Source: Promethearchaeota archaeon (lineage in GTDB: Archaea > Asgardarchaeota > Lokiarchaeia > Sigyniarchaeales > SOKP01). From it: a stretch of 38,138 nucleotides of DNA. Below are positions 20,716-30,925 of the stretch, in pieces. Both the position numbers and the translations under genes were made by a program. The stretch lies in contig JBHLOC010000044.1 in NCBI GenBank assembly GCA_048940925.1, positions 1 to 38,138 on the forward strand, written 5' to 3'. The first letter of the stretch is position 1; every line of letters starts with the position of its first letter. The notes below the pieces were generated by a model. The model worked only from the letters and a program-made list of their open reading frames with translations. It was not told the DNA's origin and did not search any database.

Positions 20716-21108
20716 CTGGGAAAATTATTTGAAAATATTGCTGTTTTAGATAAAAAAAATAATATTGTATATGAACGGGTTAATGATCAAGAATTTTGTT
20801 CTGAATTTTTCGGACAAGTTTTAGTTGCTTTTGATGGGTTGACCAAGCACATTGGAGAAGGGGAGCTATCAAATATTGAATGGGGAGATAAATTAATCAC
20901 GATAAAAAAAAAGGAAAATATAATTTTTATAGCTTGCACTGATCCTGAGGTAAAAGAAAATAAAATAACTGAGGAATTAGATTTAATCTGTAATAAATTT
21001 TTTGATATCTATCCAATTATCTTAATAGAAGATTTTAATGGTGATAGAAGTATATTTTCTAACAGCGAACAACGTTTTTTTTCAGAAATAAAACACCTTA
21101 TTGATTAA
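20716..21108 (+). CDS. Longin/roadblock-like small protein, about 130 aa, probably starting at CTG
   Basis: The frame is open from after TGA 20686-20688. CTG at 20716 follows GGGGGA and gives (M)GKLFENIAVLDKKNNIVYERV..FFGQVLVAFDGLTKHIGEGELSNIEWGDKLITIKKKENIIFIAC, a longin-like beta/alpha pattern similar to 21608..22006. Confidence 0.65.
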   Translation: MGKLFENIAVLDKKNNIVYERVNDQEFCSEFFGQVLVAFDGLTKHIGEGELSNIEWGDKLITIKKKENIIFIACTDPEVKENKITEELDLICNKFFDIYPIILIEDFNGDRSIFSNSEQRFFSEIKHLID

Positions 21109-21236
21109 TAATAAATATCACGAACTCAGCCCATACAGTTATAAATTGGTTTAAGATAAAAGTTTTATATTTATAAAAACAAATAGAAAATAGTTAAAAT
21201 AAATTTACGAATTTTCAAATAATTTAGTGTATTACC

Positions 21237-21566
21237 ATGGCATTCGATTTGAACTTTTATTTTAGTTTGTTCTGTTCAATTGGAGGGATAATATTTTTCG
21301 TTATAAGTCTATTGATTATCAGTAAAGTTAAAGAGTTGTTTCCTGCAACAAAACTAATTAAAAAATGGGTTATAATACAGGTATTGATTTTATTGTTTTT
21401 ATGTGGATATGTATTTAATATCATTTTTTTAGCATTAGAATTAACCGCATTTACGAATATTATGGTTGCTATTGTATATATTTTCGGGGGATTTTTTGTA
21501 CTATTAGTGGTGAATCTAAGTTACAAGACTTATAAAGAAATTCTATTGGGTTCCTCTAAAAAATAA
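21237..21566 (+). CDS. Small three-TM membrane protein
   Basis: 109 aa with three hydrophobic segments. Confidence 0.75.
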   Translation: MAFDLNFYFSLFCSIGGIIFFVISLLIISKVKELFPATKLIKKWVIIQVLILLFLCGYVFNIIFLALELTAFTNIMVAIVYIFGGFFVLLVVNLSYKTYKEILLGSSKK

Positions 21567-21607
21567 AGAAATTAACAAACAATACAAAAAAGTGCGAACA
21601 ATTAATC

Positions 21608-22006
21608 ATGTCTCCATTGCTTGATGAATTATGGGTTTTTTCAAGATCAGGAGTTCCTATTGTGGACTTTTCAAAAGAAGAACATGTCGACAAAACCTTC
21701 TTAGGATTCTTTATATCTGCAATAAAAACATTCACTAAAAAGATTTCAGGGAGAGAATTAAAAGGGTTTAATATAGGTCATAATAAATATTCATGTGTTC
21801 ACTGTATGAAAGATGAGATTGTATTAGTTTGCAGATCACCTTTAGATGTAAATAAAAAAAAAATTCAAAAAGTCTGTTCAGTAATTGGGAAAATGTTTGA
21901 GAAAATGTTTTCTATCGAAGATCTTTCAAAATGGAATGGAGATCTTGATTTCTTTAATGAATTTCAGCATAAATTAGATTTATACTTTAGAATGAGTGAT
22001 ATGTAG
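21608..22006 (+). CDS. Longin/roadblock-like small protein
   Basis: LDELWVFSRSGVPI..LGFFISAIKTF..KISGRELKGF..IVLVCRS..KMFEKMF..WNGDL..F pattern typical of Asgard longin-like domains. Confidence 0.7.
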   Translation: MSPLLDELWVFSRSGVPIVDFSKEEHVDKTFLGFFISAIKTFTKKISGRELKGFNIGHNKYSCVHCMKDEIVLVCRSPLDVNKKKIQKVCSVIGKMFEKMFSIEDLSKWNGDLDFFNEFQHKLDLYFRMSDM

Positions 22007-22152
22007 AAAGTTAAAATTAATATTTAATTTCTTTTTTTCTCCAATATTTTTTTTATATAATACTAAAAATTCATATAAGTGTATTTTTTTAAGGTATATA
22101 TAAGAGTATATTATTAACACTTTTAATAAAAAACGATTTCTTTATTAATATA

Positions 22153-23493
22153 ATGGATTTTGGAAATTTCAATGATGTTCTGAAGACACTTGCGGATAGG
22201 ATTGAAGAAAAAGTTAATGATGTGTCAGTTCCAAAGCATGTAATATTAAATCGCATTGACTTAGATGGTTTTAAAGAAGTTGCGAGTGAATATTTAAAGG
22301 ATCGTGATCTATGTAAAAAAATTTTAGATGTAAAAGGAATATGGCGTTTAGATTTGGATTATGGACCACAATTCGAAACAAGGTTAAAAACTGAAAGAGC
22401 AGGAGAAATTACCGTACAAACAGATGAATTGACTATTTTTGGGGGTGGAGGTACAGCACTCCATCCAATATCTCTATGCATGGCAGGATTTTGCGGATGT
22501 TATTGCGCAGCATATGCAAAATGGGCAGCTATGGAAGGAATTGAATTAAAACAATTGATGATTAGAGTTATAGGTGATTTAGATTTTTCTTCAGTTTTGG
22601 GCATAGAGGAAAATATCCCAATAGTCGATCATTATCAAATTGAATTAATTATTGAAAGTGATGCTAGCTATGAAGAATTACATCATATTTCAGAGATTAC
22701 TAAAAGGCGTTGTTTTTGTTATTATTGCATATCAACCTCTACTATTCCTAAAATTACTGTAAAGAATGAGGGTACACCATTACTAATTCAAAATAATACA
22801 GAATCTAGGAGTCAAAAGATCCTCAATAGAATAAATATTGAAACGTATAATGATACTGTAGAGGTTTTCTCACAAAATCGATCATTATGTAAAAGAAGGA
22901 TTGAGGCAGAAGGGCGTTGGAGATTAAATGTACAATATGGTCCTCAGTTTGAAATAAAGTTACCAACAGAAAGGGCAGGAGATATAACAGTTCAAACAGA
23001 TGAAACAATCATATTAGGTGGTGGAGGAACCTCTTTCCATCCCGTAGCACTTTGTATTGCTGGTTTTTGTGGTGATTTTGCCGGTAATTTTGCTACCTTA
23101 GCTAGTTTAAATGGAATAGAGCTTAAAAAATTAGAAATTTATGCTAAAATGAATATAGATTTAACTACGGGATTTGGAATTGAAGATGGTATTCCTATGA
23201 TTGATGATTATGAAATTGAGTTGAAAATTGAGAGTAATACTCCAGATGAAGAACTCATAAAAATTCTTGAACTCACGAAAAAGAGAGCATTTTGTCATTA
23301 TTGTTATGCAACTCCAGTATTCCCAGATGTAATTGTTAGAAAAATTAAGACTGAGGAAGAAAAAAGATTATTCGAAGAACCAGCATATTTACTCGGTAGA
23401 AAAGAGGTTTTACCGAATAATTTAATACATATTGATGATCCGCATAATATAAAAGTAAAAATTAATCGAGACATAAAAATGAAGCAGCTATAA
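22153..23493 (+). CDS. Tandem two-domain OsmC/Ohr-family protein
   Basis: Two internal repeats (ILNRI..GPQFE..TERAG.ITVQTDE..GGGGT..HP..LC.AGFCG..GIELK.L..IES..RxFCxYC). Confidence 0.8.
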   Translation: MDFGNFNDVLKTLADRIEEKVNDVSVPKHVILNRIDLDGFKEVASEYLKDRDLCKKILDVKGIWRLDLDYGPQFETRLKTERAGEITVQTDELTIFGGGGTALHPISLCMAGFCGCYCAAYAKWAAMEGIELKQLMIRVIGDLDFSSVLGIEENIPIVDHYQIELIIESDASYEELHHISEITKRRCFCYYCISTSTIPKITVKNEGTPLLIQNNTESRSQKILNRINIETYNDTVEVFSQNRSLCKRRIEAEGRWRLNVQYGPQFEIKLPTERAGDITVQTDETIILGGGGTSFHPVALCIAGFCGDFAGNFATLASLNGIELKKLEIYAKMNIDLTTGFGIEDGIPMIDDYEIELKIESNTPDEELIKILELTKKRAFCHYCYATPVFPDVIVRKIKTEEEKRLFEEPAYLLGRKEVLPNNLIHIDDPHNIKVKINRDIKMKQL

Positions 23494-25617
23494 CTTGATT
23501 AGACTTTTGATATTAATTATTTTTTTTTCCAAAGTTATCGCTTTAATAGTTTTTCCCAGTCCTATTAATTTAAGTATTAATAATGATTCTTGAGCATATC
23601 TAAAGGATTCTTTATAATTTAATTGCATATAATAACATCCTGCAATATTATTAAGAAAATCTGCTTTAATAGATAGATCATTAAGCTTTTCTGCAATCTT
23701 TAACCCATTCCTATATGAATTTAATGCATTAGTGTATTCTCTTAAATAATAATAGGTTTTTCCAATCCAATTATAAAATTTCATTTCATCTCTAATTTCT
23801 TTTAGCTCTTTAGTAATTTCAATAGCATCTCTAAAATAATTCAATGCTTTCACATGATCATTTTGATCGAAATATACTTCTCCTATTTTACCTAAATGCC
23901 TAGCTTTTTCCTCTCTATTATTCAATTTTTCATCGTACTCTAATGCCTCTTCAAATTTATCTAATGCAATTGAAAAATCATTAAAATTTTGAAAAATAGC
24001 TCCGATATTATTTAAACATTTAGTTAAGTTTTCAATATCATTTAATCTTCGGAAAATTTTTTCAGATTGTTGGAAAAAATCTAAAGCTAAATTTAGATTA
24101 TTTTGTTTGAAATGAATTAATCCAATACTATTGAGGAGAATTGCTTTTTTCTTTAAATCGCCAAGTTTCTCTGAGATTTTAATTGCATCTTCTGAATATG
24201 ATAAAGCTTCGGAATAGTTTTGTAATTCTTCATATAATTCAATTACACTATTCGTTATTCTTAATTTTTCCATTAGATTCCCTGTATGTTCAGCAATTTC
24301 CATTGCTTCTTTATATTTTTGGATAGCTAAGGGAAAGTTCCTAATTCTCTCATTTATTTCTCCTAAATTGCTTAGATAAACTAATTCCTTATCCTTATAC
24401 CCTAATTCATGAGCAATTGTTACTGCTTCTTCAAAATGTTCAATTGCTTCAGAATAATTTCCCATTTTATAATATATCCATCCAATATTATTTAAGATTA
24501 ATTGCTTATGAGATTTATCACTAATTTCATCAATATTTTCAAGAGCTCTTATGCCACATCTAAAAGAATCGTCATATCTTTCAAAATTAAAATATATTAC
24601 ATGCGGAATCAGATATTTTATCATAAAAGTAGGGATATCAATATTTTTGAGCAACCAATCTTGAAATTTAACAGAAAAATTACTTATATCAACTTTAGGC
24701 TCTATATTCAGAAAATTTTTTAAGAGTCTTCTTACATTTGTATCAATTCTAAACAATTCTATATTCGGATTTTGATTTTTAATATCTTTTAGTAATTTAT
24801 CTAAGCTGTCTAAATCTTTTGTTATTTCTTCTCGATTTTTAAAAATTTGAACAATTTTTTCTTTATCACCATCATTTTCAATATGATTAATCCAAATTAT
24901 TCTTTTCATTTTATGATATCTCTTCAAGATGGGTACAATATCAAAATCATTTTCCCCTGAATACCCAATTAAAATTATGGTACTTTTATTAAACAACTTA
25001 TTAAATAGAACTCCCTTATACGGTTCAACAAAGAACAAATTAAATTCTGATTTATACGAACCTATTTTTTTGATTAAAGTAAGAAAATAATCTTTTGTAT
25101 CCCGATCAGCCAATAAATCTTTAGTTGCTCCATGAATTTTAAATAAAAACTTTTTTCCTGAATTTTTATATTCAATTATATTTTCAAAACGTCTATAATC
25201 ATTTTCAGTTATAACTGAAATAATAGAATCGTTAATCTTATTTGACTGAATAATCGCATGCTCAATTAGGAAGTCAAAATTAGTTGTAATAACATTATAG
25301 CCCCGAAGTATCATTTCAGCTAAAAAAAAATGAATGTTATTAGGTTTATCACATTCTTCCAAATATTCTAATATTTTTAATTCATTATCTAATAGACTTC
25401 TAATAATTTCTAATAATATTTCAAAACGTAATCCTTCAATTTTTAAGATATTTTCTATTTCTGATTTTGCGCAGGTAAAATTAATGATCTCTTCCATCAT
25501 CTTATTAGATGTGGGTAAATTAGAAGGTTCACCTACAGAACATCCTGCTCCAGCAATTATATTAAAATTCTGTCCTTCCTCTAATAATTCTTTTAAAGTT
25601 AAATTATTTTCAACCAT
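23488..25617 (-). CDS. SIR2-like (SIR2_2) domain + TPR repeat protein
   Basis: N-terminus has IIAGAGCS..P..LP, ITTNFD, KIHG and IGYSGENDFDI. About nine TPRs follow (LNNIGWIYY, LSNLGEI, LNSIGLIH, LNNIGAIF, LGKIGEVY, LNNIAGCY). Confidence 0.88.
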   Translation of the reverse strand: MVENNLTLKELLEEGQNFNIIAGAGCSVGEPSNLPTSNKMMEEIINFTCAKSEIENILKIEGLRFEILLEIIRSLLDNELKILEYLEECDKPNNIHFFLAEMILRGYNVITTNFDFLIEHAIIQSNKINDSIISVITENDYRRFENIIEYKNSGKKFLFKIHGATKDLLADRDTKDYFLTLIKKIGSYKSEFNLFFVEPYKGVLFNKLFNKSTIILIGYSGENDFDIVPILKRYHKMKRIIWINHIENDGDKEKIVQIFKNREEITKDLDSLDKLLKDIKNQNPNIELFRIDTNVRRLLKNFLNIEPKVDISNFSVKFQDWLLKNIDIPTFMIKYLIPHVIYFNFERYDDSFRCGIRALENIDEISDKSHKQLILNNIGWIYYKMGNYSEAIEHFEEAVTIAHELGYKDKELVYLSNLGEINERIRNFPLAIQKYKEAMEIAEHTGNLMEKLRITNSVIELYEELQNYSEALSYSEDAIKISEKLGDLKKKAILLNSIGLIHFKQNNLNLALDFFQQSEKIFRRLNDIENLTKCLNNIGAIFQNFNDFSIALDKFEEALEYDEKLNNREEKARHLGKIGEVYFDQNDHVKALNYFRDAIEITKELKEIRDEMKFYNWIGKTYYYLREYTNALNSYRNGLKIAEKLNDLSIKADFLNNIAGCYYMQLNYKESFRYAQESLLILKLIGLGKTIKAITLEKKIINIKSLIKL

Positions 25618-25634
25618 AATAATAAATTCTTATT

Positions 25635-28600
25635 TTAATTACTTGGAATCGAAAAGTAGAATGTACTACCTTTATTCCTACCTTTAGATTCTAACCAAAT
25701 TTTCCCTCCATGCAATTCTATTAACTTTTTTGTTATGTATAATCCAAGTCCAGATCCTTCAGTAGATATATCCCATCCCTGACCATATCTTTCAATTTTA
25801 CCAAATTGTTTAAAAATTTGATTTCTTTCTTCTTTTGTAAAACCGATTCCGTTATCTTGGATAGAAATGACATAATTACTATTTTTAATTTCAGATTTTA
25901 TTTGAATATATCCACCTGGAGGAGTGTATTTAATAGCATTCACGACTAAATTCGATATTACTTCATAAATCCTTTCTTTATCAAATCTGGTTCGTAAAAT
26001 CGGATGTAAATCTAATGATATTGTTTGATCTCTTAACTTAGCTAAGCCTCTTAATTCCTTAACGCAAAATTTTATTAAAAATGTTAAATCTTCTTCCGAA
26101 GGGTTTAATTCTAATTGTCCTGCTTCTAATTTGGTACTTTCTAAAAGTAAATTAATTATCTTCTCTAATCTTTTACTGCCTTCTTCAATTTCCTCTAATA
26201 TCGAAATAATTTCTGGATCAAATTTATTATAATGAAGTGTTAATAATAGCTCAGTAAATCCTTTAATCGAAATCAATGGAGTCTTTAATTCATGTGACGT
26301 TCTAGAGAATAATTCAGTCTTTAATTTATTTATCTTATTTAAAGTAATATTTTGCTCTTCCAAATCTCGTTGTACTTGCCAGCGTCGTTGTTCAATTTCA
26401 ATAGCATCACAAATTAGAAACATAACTAATTTTTCTTGACCAGTAATTACTGGATTTTCTTTATAAAAAACGCATACAACACTTCTAAAATCATTATGTG
26501 ATTTTATTACTTTTCCAAAACATCCTTTTATATCATTCTCCATAATAAAGGGATCTGTTTTTGCGTATTTTTGCTTGTTTATATTAAAAAATGTTTGAGG
26601 AAAGTCATGTCCTTCATTAAAAAGCTCATTGAAAAAGAGATATTCAGAAAATTCTTTTTCATCAAACATAAAGATTTTATTATCAGAACTTATTACTTGA
26701 TAACTTACATTCTTATTAGATTTAATTTCATGGGCGTATAAGATTAGATTACCTTTTAATAACTGAAGACCAGTATTAAGCAATAATTCAATATTATTTC
26801 GAATATCTGCCGTAAAATTTAGAAAATTAATATTTAACTCATAAATAAGAGTTTCATACATCTTTTTTTCTGTAATATCGTCTAACCAAACTCTAATGCT
26901 ATCTATATCTCCATTTTCATTATAATGAGGAATCTTTTTACCTGATAACCATTTTTCTTTTCCTTGTTTATCAATGATCCGAAATTCCAATTCAGATTCC
27001 TCATTAGTCCTTAATAATTTGGGTAAATCTTTTGGATGCACAATTTTATGACGAACCACATCTTCAGTGATCTCTTCTTTCTTAAAACCAACCATGTCTA
27101 ACAATTTTGGATTAGCATATTGTAATTTTTTATTAATAACATCAAGTTCCATTATTCCCACCGAAGATGTTTCCAGAATATTGCGGAATTTTTCTTCACT
27201 TCTCTTTAATGCCTCTTCAGCCTGTTTTTGAGAAGTAATATCATGAATAACAGTAAGAATAAATTTTTGATCTTTCAAATCAATTAAAGTTGAATTAGCT
27301 TGAACCCAACTTATTTTATTATCCTTACGTTTAATTGGAAATTCTACATATTCTAGATTGTTTTTACGGAATAAGTCTTTATATCCTTCTAATAATATAT
27401 CTAAAGCATTTTGTTGATAGAACTCTAACTCTAAAAAATTTTTTCCTATGAAATCCTCTATACAATAACCAGAAATGACTTCTATAGCTGAATTACACTC
27501 TAATATATTACCTTTTATATCTGTTAGGATGACACCATCTGGGGATGTTTCAAATAACTCATGATATTTTGATTCGGATTCTTTTAATCTTTGTTCTGCT
27601 TTTTTTTGTTCTGATACATCTTGGATATATTTTATAATCCCTTTCGCTTTCCCCGTTTCTTGATCATATAAAGCAAAACTGAAGATATCAAAAATTTGAT
27701 GAAATTCCCCATTTCTTTCTTTATATAATTGATTAAGACAGAAATTTTCTTTCATGTTTAAAATTTCATTACATTTACAATTTTCACATTTCTCTTCTCT
27801 GTCACGTAAAACCTGAAAGCACTTTTTACCTAAAATTGGTTTGGAAGATGAGAACCATTCTTCAATTTTCGGATTTATACTTATAATATTAAAATCCGCA
27901 TCAAGAACACAAATTCCGTTTTGAATACTGTTAAATATATTTGAGAGGAATTTTTCTGCTTCCTTCAATTCTTGTTCTGCTTTTTTCTTTTCGTCTATTA
28001 ATTGTATTATTAATTGTATTACTTTTTCAGTTTCATAATCTAAAAGTGATGCTTGGTACGAGATCCATAATAAATTACCATTTTTATTAAACAATTGAAT
28101 TTCTCGGGGATCAAGGGATTTTCCTTTAAGTAATACCTTTAAATCTTCTAATACTACTGGAATATATTTTTCTGGTATAAATGATGTATCCAGAACATTT
28201 TTTCCAATTAATTGATTTCTTGTAAACCCAGAAAGCTTTTTGGAAACTAAATTACAATCTAAAATATCTCCTTTCATACTAATAAGCAGAATAGCGCTAG
28301 GAGAATTTTCATATAAATTACGATATTTTTCTTCTGAGGCTTTCAAATTATGTTCTGCCAGCTTACGATCAGTAATGTCTATTGTAGTGATTAAATCGGC
28401 AAACTTACTATTAAATGTAATTGTTTTTGAATAATTTTGAACATACATAAGGTCTCCATTCTTTTTAAAACATCTACATTCATATCCTGAATCTTCAGTA
28501 TCAGTACCTAACTGTCGTTTCTTCGCTTGTTCCAAAACTTTATCTCTATCTTCAGGATGCACAGTATTAAGAAATTCTCGTGGTCCCCAACCTTTCAATT

Positions 28601-30734
28601 CATCAACAGTTCTACCACCTATTTTAGCAAATGTATGATTAACGTACTTGAATTTATCATCTTGTAATATTGCAATTCCTAATAATGATTGTTCTGCAAT
28701 ATTTCTGAATTTTTCTTCAGACTCTCTTAATTTTTCCTCTGTCTTCTTTCTTTCACTAATATCTCTTGCGACTAATAAAATTTTCGTGTCTCCATTTTTA
28801 TCTTTAAAAGTCTTACCTTTTACTTCAAACCAATTATAGTGTCCATCTTTATTTCTAAACCTAATTTCTTTTAATTCTGTTCCCGAATTCAGACATGAAT
28901 TAAAAGCTCTTATAGCTTTATCTAAATCATTAGGATGAACGAAATCTGCTGGCTTTAGATTAATAATATCATCCATAGAATAACCTAAAGAAAAGTATGC
29001 ATCATTAACGTAAAAATATTGAAAAGTAGAATCGATTATAGCGATTAAATCATATGTATTTTCATTAATTAATCTAAATTTTTCTTCTGATTCCTTTAAT
29101 TTATGTCCTGCTTTGATACTGTCCGTGATATCAATAGACATTATTAAATCTGCAGGTCTTTCCTTGTAATTAATAGTTTTTGAGAAATTTTCAATCCAAC
29201 GAATTTCTCCGTCTTTCCTTATCAATCTATATTTGTACTGATTAACTACATTTTTTTCTCCTGATTCCTTTTTTTTAGCTTGATCTATTACAAATTCTTT
29301 ATCCTCTGGATGAATTAGTTTAGCAAACTCATAAGGTTTCCAATTTTTAATTTCTTCAGAAGAATAACCATTTAATTTTCTTGCTTGTTCATTGAAATAT
29401 TTAAAAATGCCATCTTGTAATATAATTATACCCATAAATGATTGCTCTGTTATTGTCCTGAATTTTTCTTCAGATTCTATTATGTTGTGTTCTACTATTT
29501 TACGATCAGTAATGTCTCTCCCAATAGTAAGAATCTTATTATTACCAGCATTATCAATGAAATTTCTTGCAGATATTTCTAACCATTTATAAGAACCATT
29601 TTTATGTTTGAAACGTGTTTGATATGAACCTTTTCCTTTCCTAAGAATTTTACTTAAGTTATTAACCGTAAGTTTCCGATCTTCTGGATGTAAAAATGAT
29701 AGTGGATTCTTTGTTAATAAATCCTCTTTCGAATATCCTAGAATTTGTTTATGAATGTTTTCATTAAGATCTTCATATTCAAATTTATCATTAAGCACCT
29801 TAATAAGATCATTCGCATTTTCATAGATCAATCGATATTTATTTTCAGATTCTTGGAGTTTTTGTTCGGTAAATTTAAGATCTGTTAAATCGATGTTAAC
29901 TCCTAAAATATATTCAATTTTATCATCTATATAAACTGGTGTAATTATATTATAAAAATAACATACTTTACCCTTTATTTTAAAAGATACTTCACCAGTG
30001 ACTGTTTCTCCAGAAAAAGCTCTTTCATTATTCTCTTTCCACACTGCTAAAGTATCATTGTCACTAGCTACATCCTCAGGGCGCTTTCCTAGTGTGTCTC
30101 CCCAATTCTCCTTACAAATCGTATTTTGTACCACATAATAGCCACTTTTATTTACCATGAAAAAATCAAATGGTAAACTTTCTATAGCAGTATGAAAGAT
30201 TGCTTCACTCTGTCTTAGCATTTCATATGATCTAAGTAAGACATCATCACTTGTTTTTGTAGTTATTTTATCCCAAAAACGGTTCCTTGGAACTAAATTT
30301 GTGGCCTTTTTTAACCTGTTCTCGGACTTTTTTAATTTTAACTCTAAATCTTTTAATTTTGAAATATCTCTTAAGATAATGAATAATTTTTGCTGATTTC
30401 TGTTGTTTTTAAAGGTTTTTATTATAAACTCAAACCATTTATAATTATTATTTTTAGTTACCACTCTTATTTCTCTTATTTGGTCATCAAAAGCATATTT
30501 ATTATGTAGATCTCTATACTGTATCAAATCGTTTGAGTGGATAAATTTCAAAAATGATTGTCCAATTAAATCTTCAATATTATATCCTAATTTCTGCTTA
30601 AAAGAATCTTCATTAATATATTCTATTTTAAAATCTTCCATTGGCTCAGCAACAATAATTAAATCATGAAAGTTTTCCCAAATTAGGCGATCTCTTTCTA
30701 CAAACTCATACATAGCTTTATCCTTCGACATCAT
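25635..30734 (-). CDS. Cytoplasmic multi-PAS sensor histidine kinase (about 10 PAS/PAC + GAF-like + HisKA + HATPase)
   Basis: Repeated ESEEKF/Y...DITxxK PAS linkers. H-box SHELKTPL, N-box NLVVNAIKY, and DNGIG and GSGLGL boxes. No transmembrane segments. Confidence 0.93.
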   Translation of the reverse strand: MMSKDKAMYEFVERDRLIWENFHDLIIVAEPMEDFKIEYINEDSFKQKLGYNIEDLIGQSFLKFIHSNDLIQYRDLHNKYAFDDQIREIRVVTKNNNYKWFEFIIKTFKNNRNQQKLFIILRDISKLKDLELKLKKSENRLKKATNLVPRNRFWDKITTKTSDDVLLRSYEMLRQSEAIFHTAIESLPFDFFMVNKSGYYVVQNTICKENWGDTLGKRPEDVASDNDTLAVWKENNERAFSGETVTGEVSFKIKGKVCYFYNIITPVYIDDKIEYILGVNIDLTDLKFTEQKLQESENKYRLIYENANDLIKVLNDKFEYEDLNENIHKQILGYSKEDLLTKNPLSFLHPEDRKLTVNNLSKILRKGKGSYQTRFKHKNGSYKWLEISARNFIDNAGNNKILTIGRDITDRKIVEHNIIESEEKFRTITEQSFMGIIILQDGIFKYFNEQARKLNGYSSEEIKNWKPYEFAKLIHPEDKEFVIDQAKKKESGEKNVVNQYKYRLIRKDGEIRWIENFSKTINYKERPADLIMSIDITDSIKAGHKLKESEEKFRLINENTYDLIAIIDSTFQYFYVNDAYFSLGYSMDDIINLKPADFVHPNDLDKAIRAFNSCLNSGTELKEIRFRNKDGHYNWFEVKGKTFKDKNGDTKILLVARDISERKKTEEKLRESEEKFRNIAEQSLLGIAILQDDKFKYVNHTFAKIGGRTVDELKGWGPREFLNTVHPEDRDKVLEQAKKRQLGTDTEDSGYECRCFKKNGDLMYVQNYSKTITFNSKFADLITTIDITDRKLAEHNLKASEEKYRNLYENSPSAILLISMKGDILDCNLVSKKLSGFTRNQLIGKNVLDTSFIPEKYIPVVLEDLKVLLKGKSLDPREIQLFNKNGNLLWISYQASLLDYETEKVIQLIIQLIDEKKKAEQELKEAEKFLSNIFNSIQNGICVLDADFNIISINPKIEEWFSSSKPILGKKCFQVLRDREEKCENCKCNEILNMKENFCLNQLYKERNGEFHQIFDIFSFALYDQETGKAKGIIKYIQDVSEQKKAEQRLKESESKYHELFETSPDGVILTDIKGNILECNSAIEVISGYCIEDFIGKNFLELEFYQQNALDILLEGYKDLFRKNNLEYVEFPIKRKDNKISWVQANSTLIDLKDQKFILTVIHDITSQKQAEEALKRSEEKFRNILETSSVGIMELDVINKKLQYANPKLLDMVGFKKEEITEDVVRHKIVHPKDLPKLLRTNEESELEFRIIDKQGKEKWLSGKKIPHYNENGDIDSIRVWLDDITEKKMYETLIYELNINFLNFTADIRNNIELLLNTGLQLLKGNLILYAHEIKSNKNVSYQVISSDNKIFMFDEKEFSEYLFFNELFNEGHDFPQTFFNINKQKYAKTDPFIMENDIKGCFGKVIKSHNDFRSVVCVFYKENPVITGQEKLVMFLICDAIEIEQRRWQVQRDLEEQNITLNKINKLKTELFSRTSHELKTPLISIKGFTELLLTLHYNKFDPEIISILEEIEEGSKRLEKIINLLLESTKLEAGQLELNPSEEDLTFLIKFCVKELRGLAKLRDQTISLDLHPILRTRFDKERIYEVISNLVVNAIKYTPPGGYIQIKSEIKNSNYVISIQDNGIGFTKEERNQIFKQFGKIERYGQGWDISTEGSGLGLYITKKLIELHGGKIWLESKGRNKGSTFYFSIPSN

Positions 30735-30821
30735 GGTAAGTATTTCCCCTATTTCTACATTCTTTCGGTTATTATAGAATAGATATTATATTAGAAAAAG
30801 ATTTTTTATATATTCTTATCG

Positions 30822-30839
30822 TCTAACATTTATGTTAGA
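30822..30839. promoter_or_regulatory. Inverted repeat upstream of the PAS kinase
   Basis: TCTAACAT-TT-ATGTTAGA (8-2-8) about 90 nt upstream of the kinase ATG. Confidence 0.4.
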
Positions 30840-30925
30840 GCTAATGGTCCAATCAAACTATGAATGAATGGATTTAACCAAATCCTTAAATAATTTTAAA
30901 TAACAAAAAATTTTCTTTATGTTAT

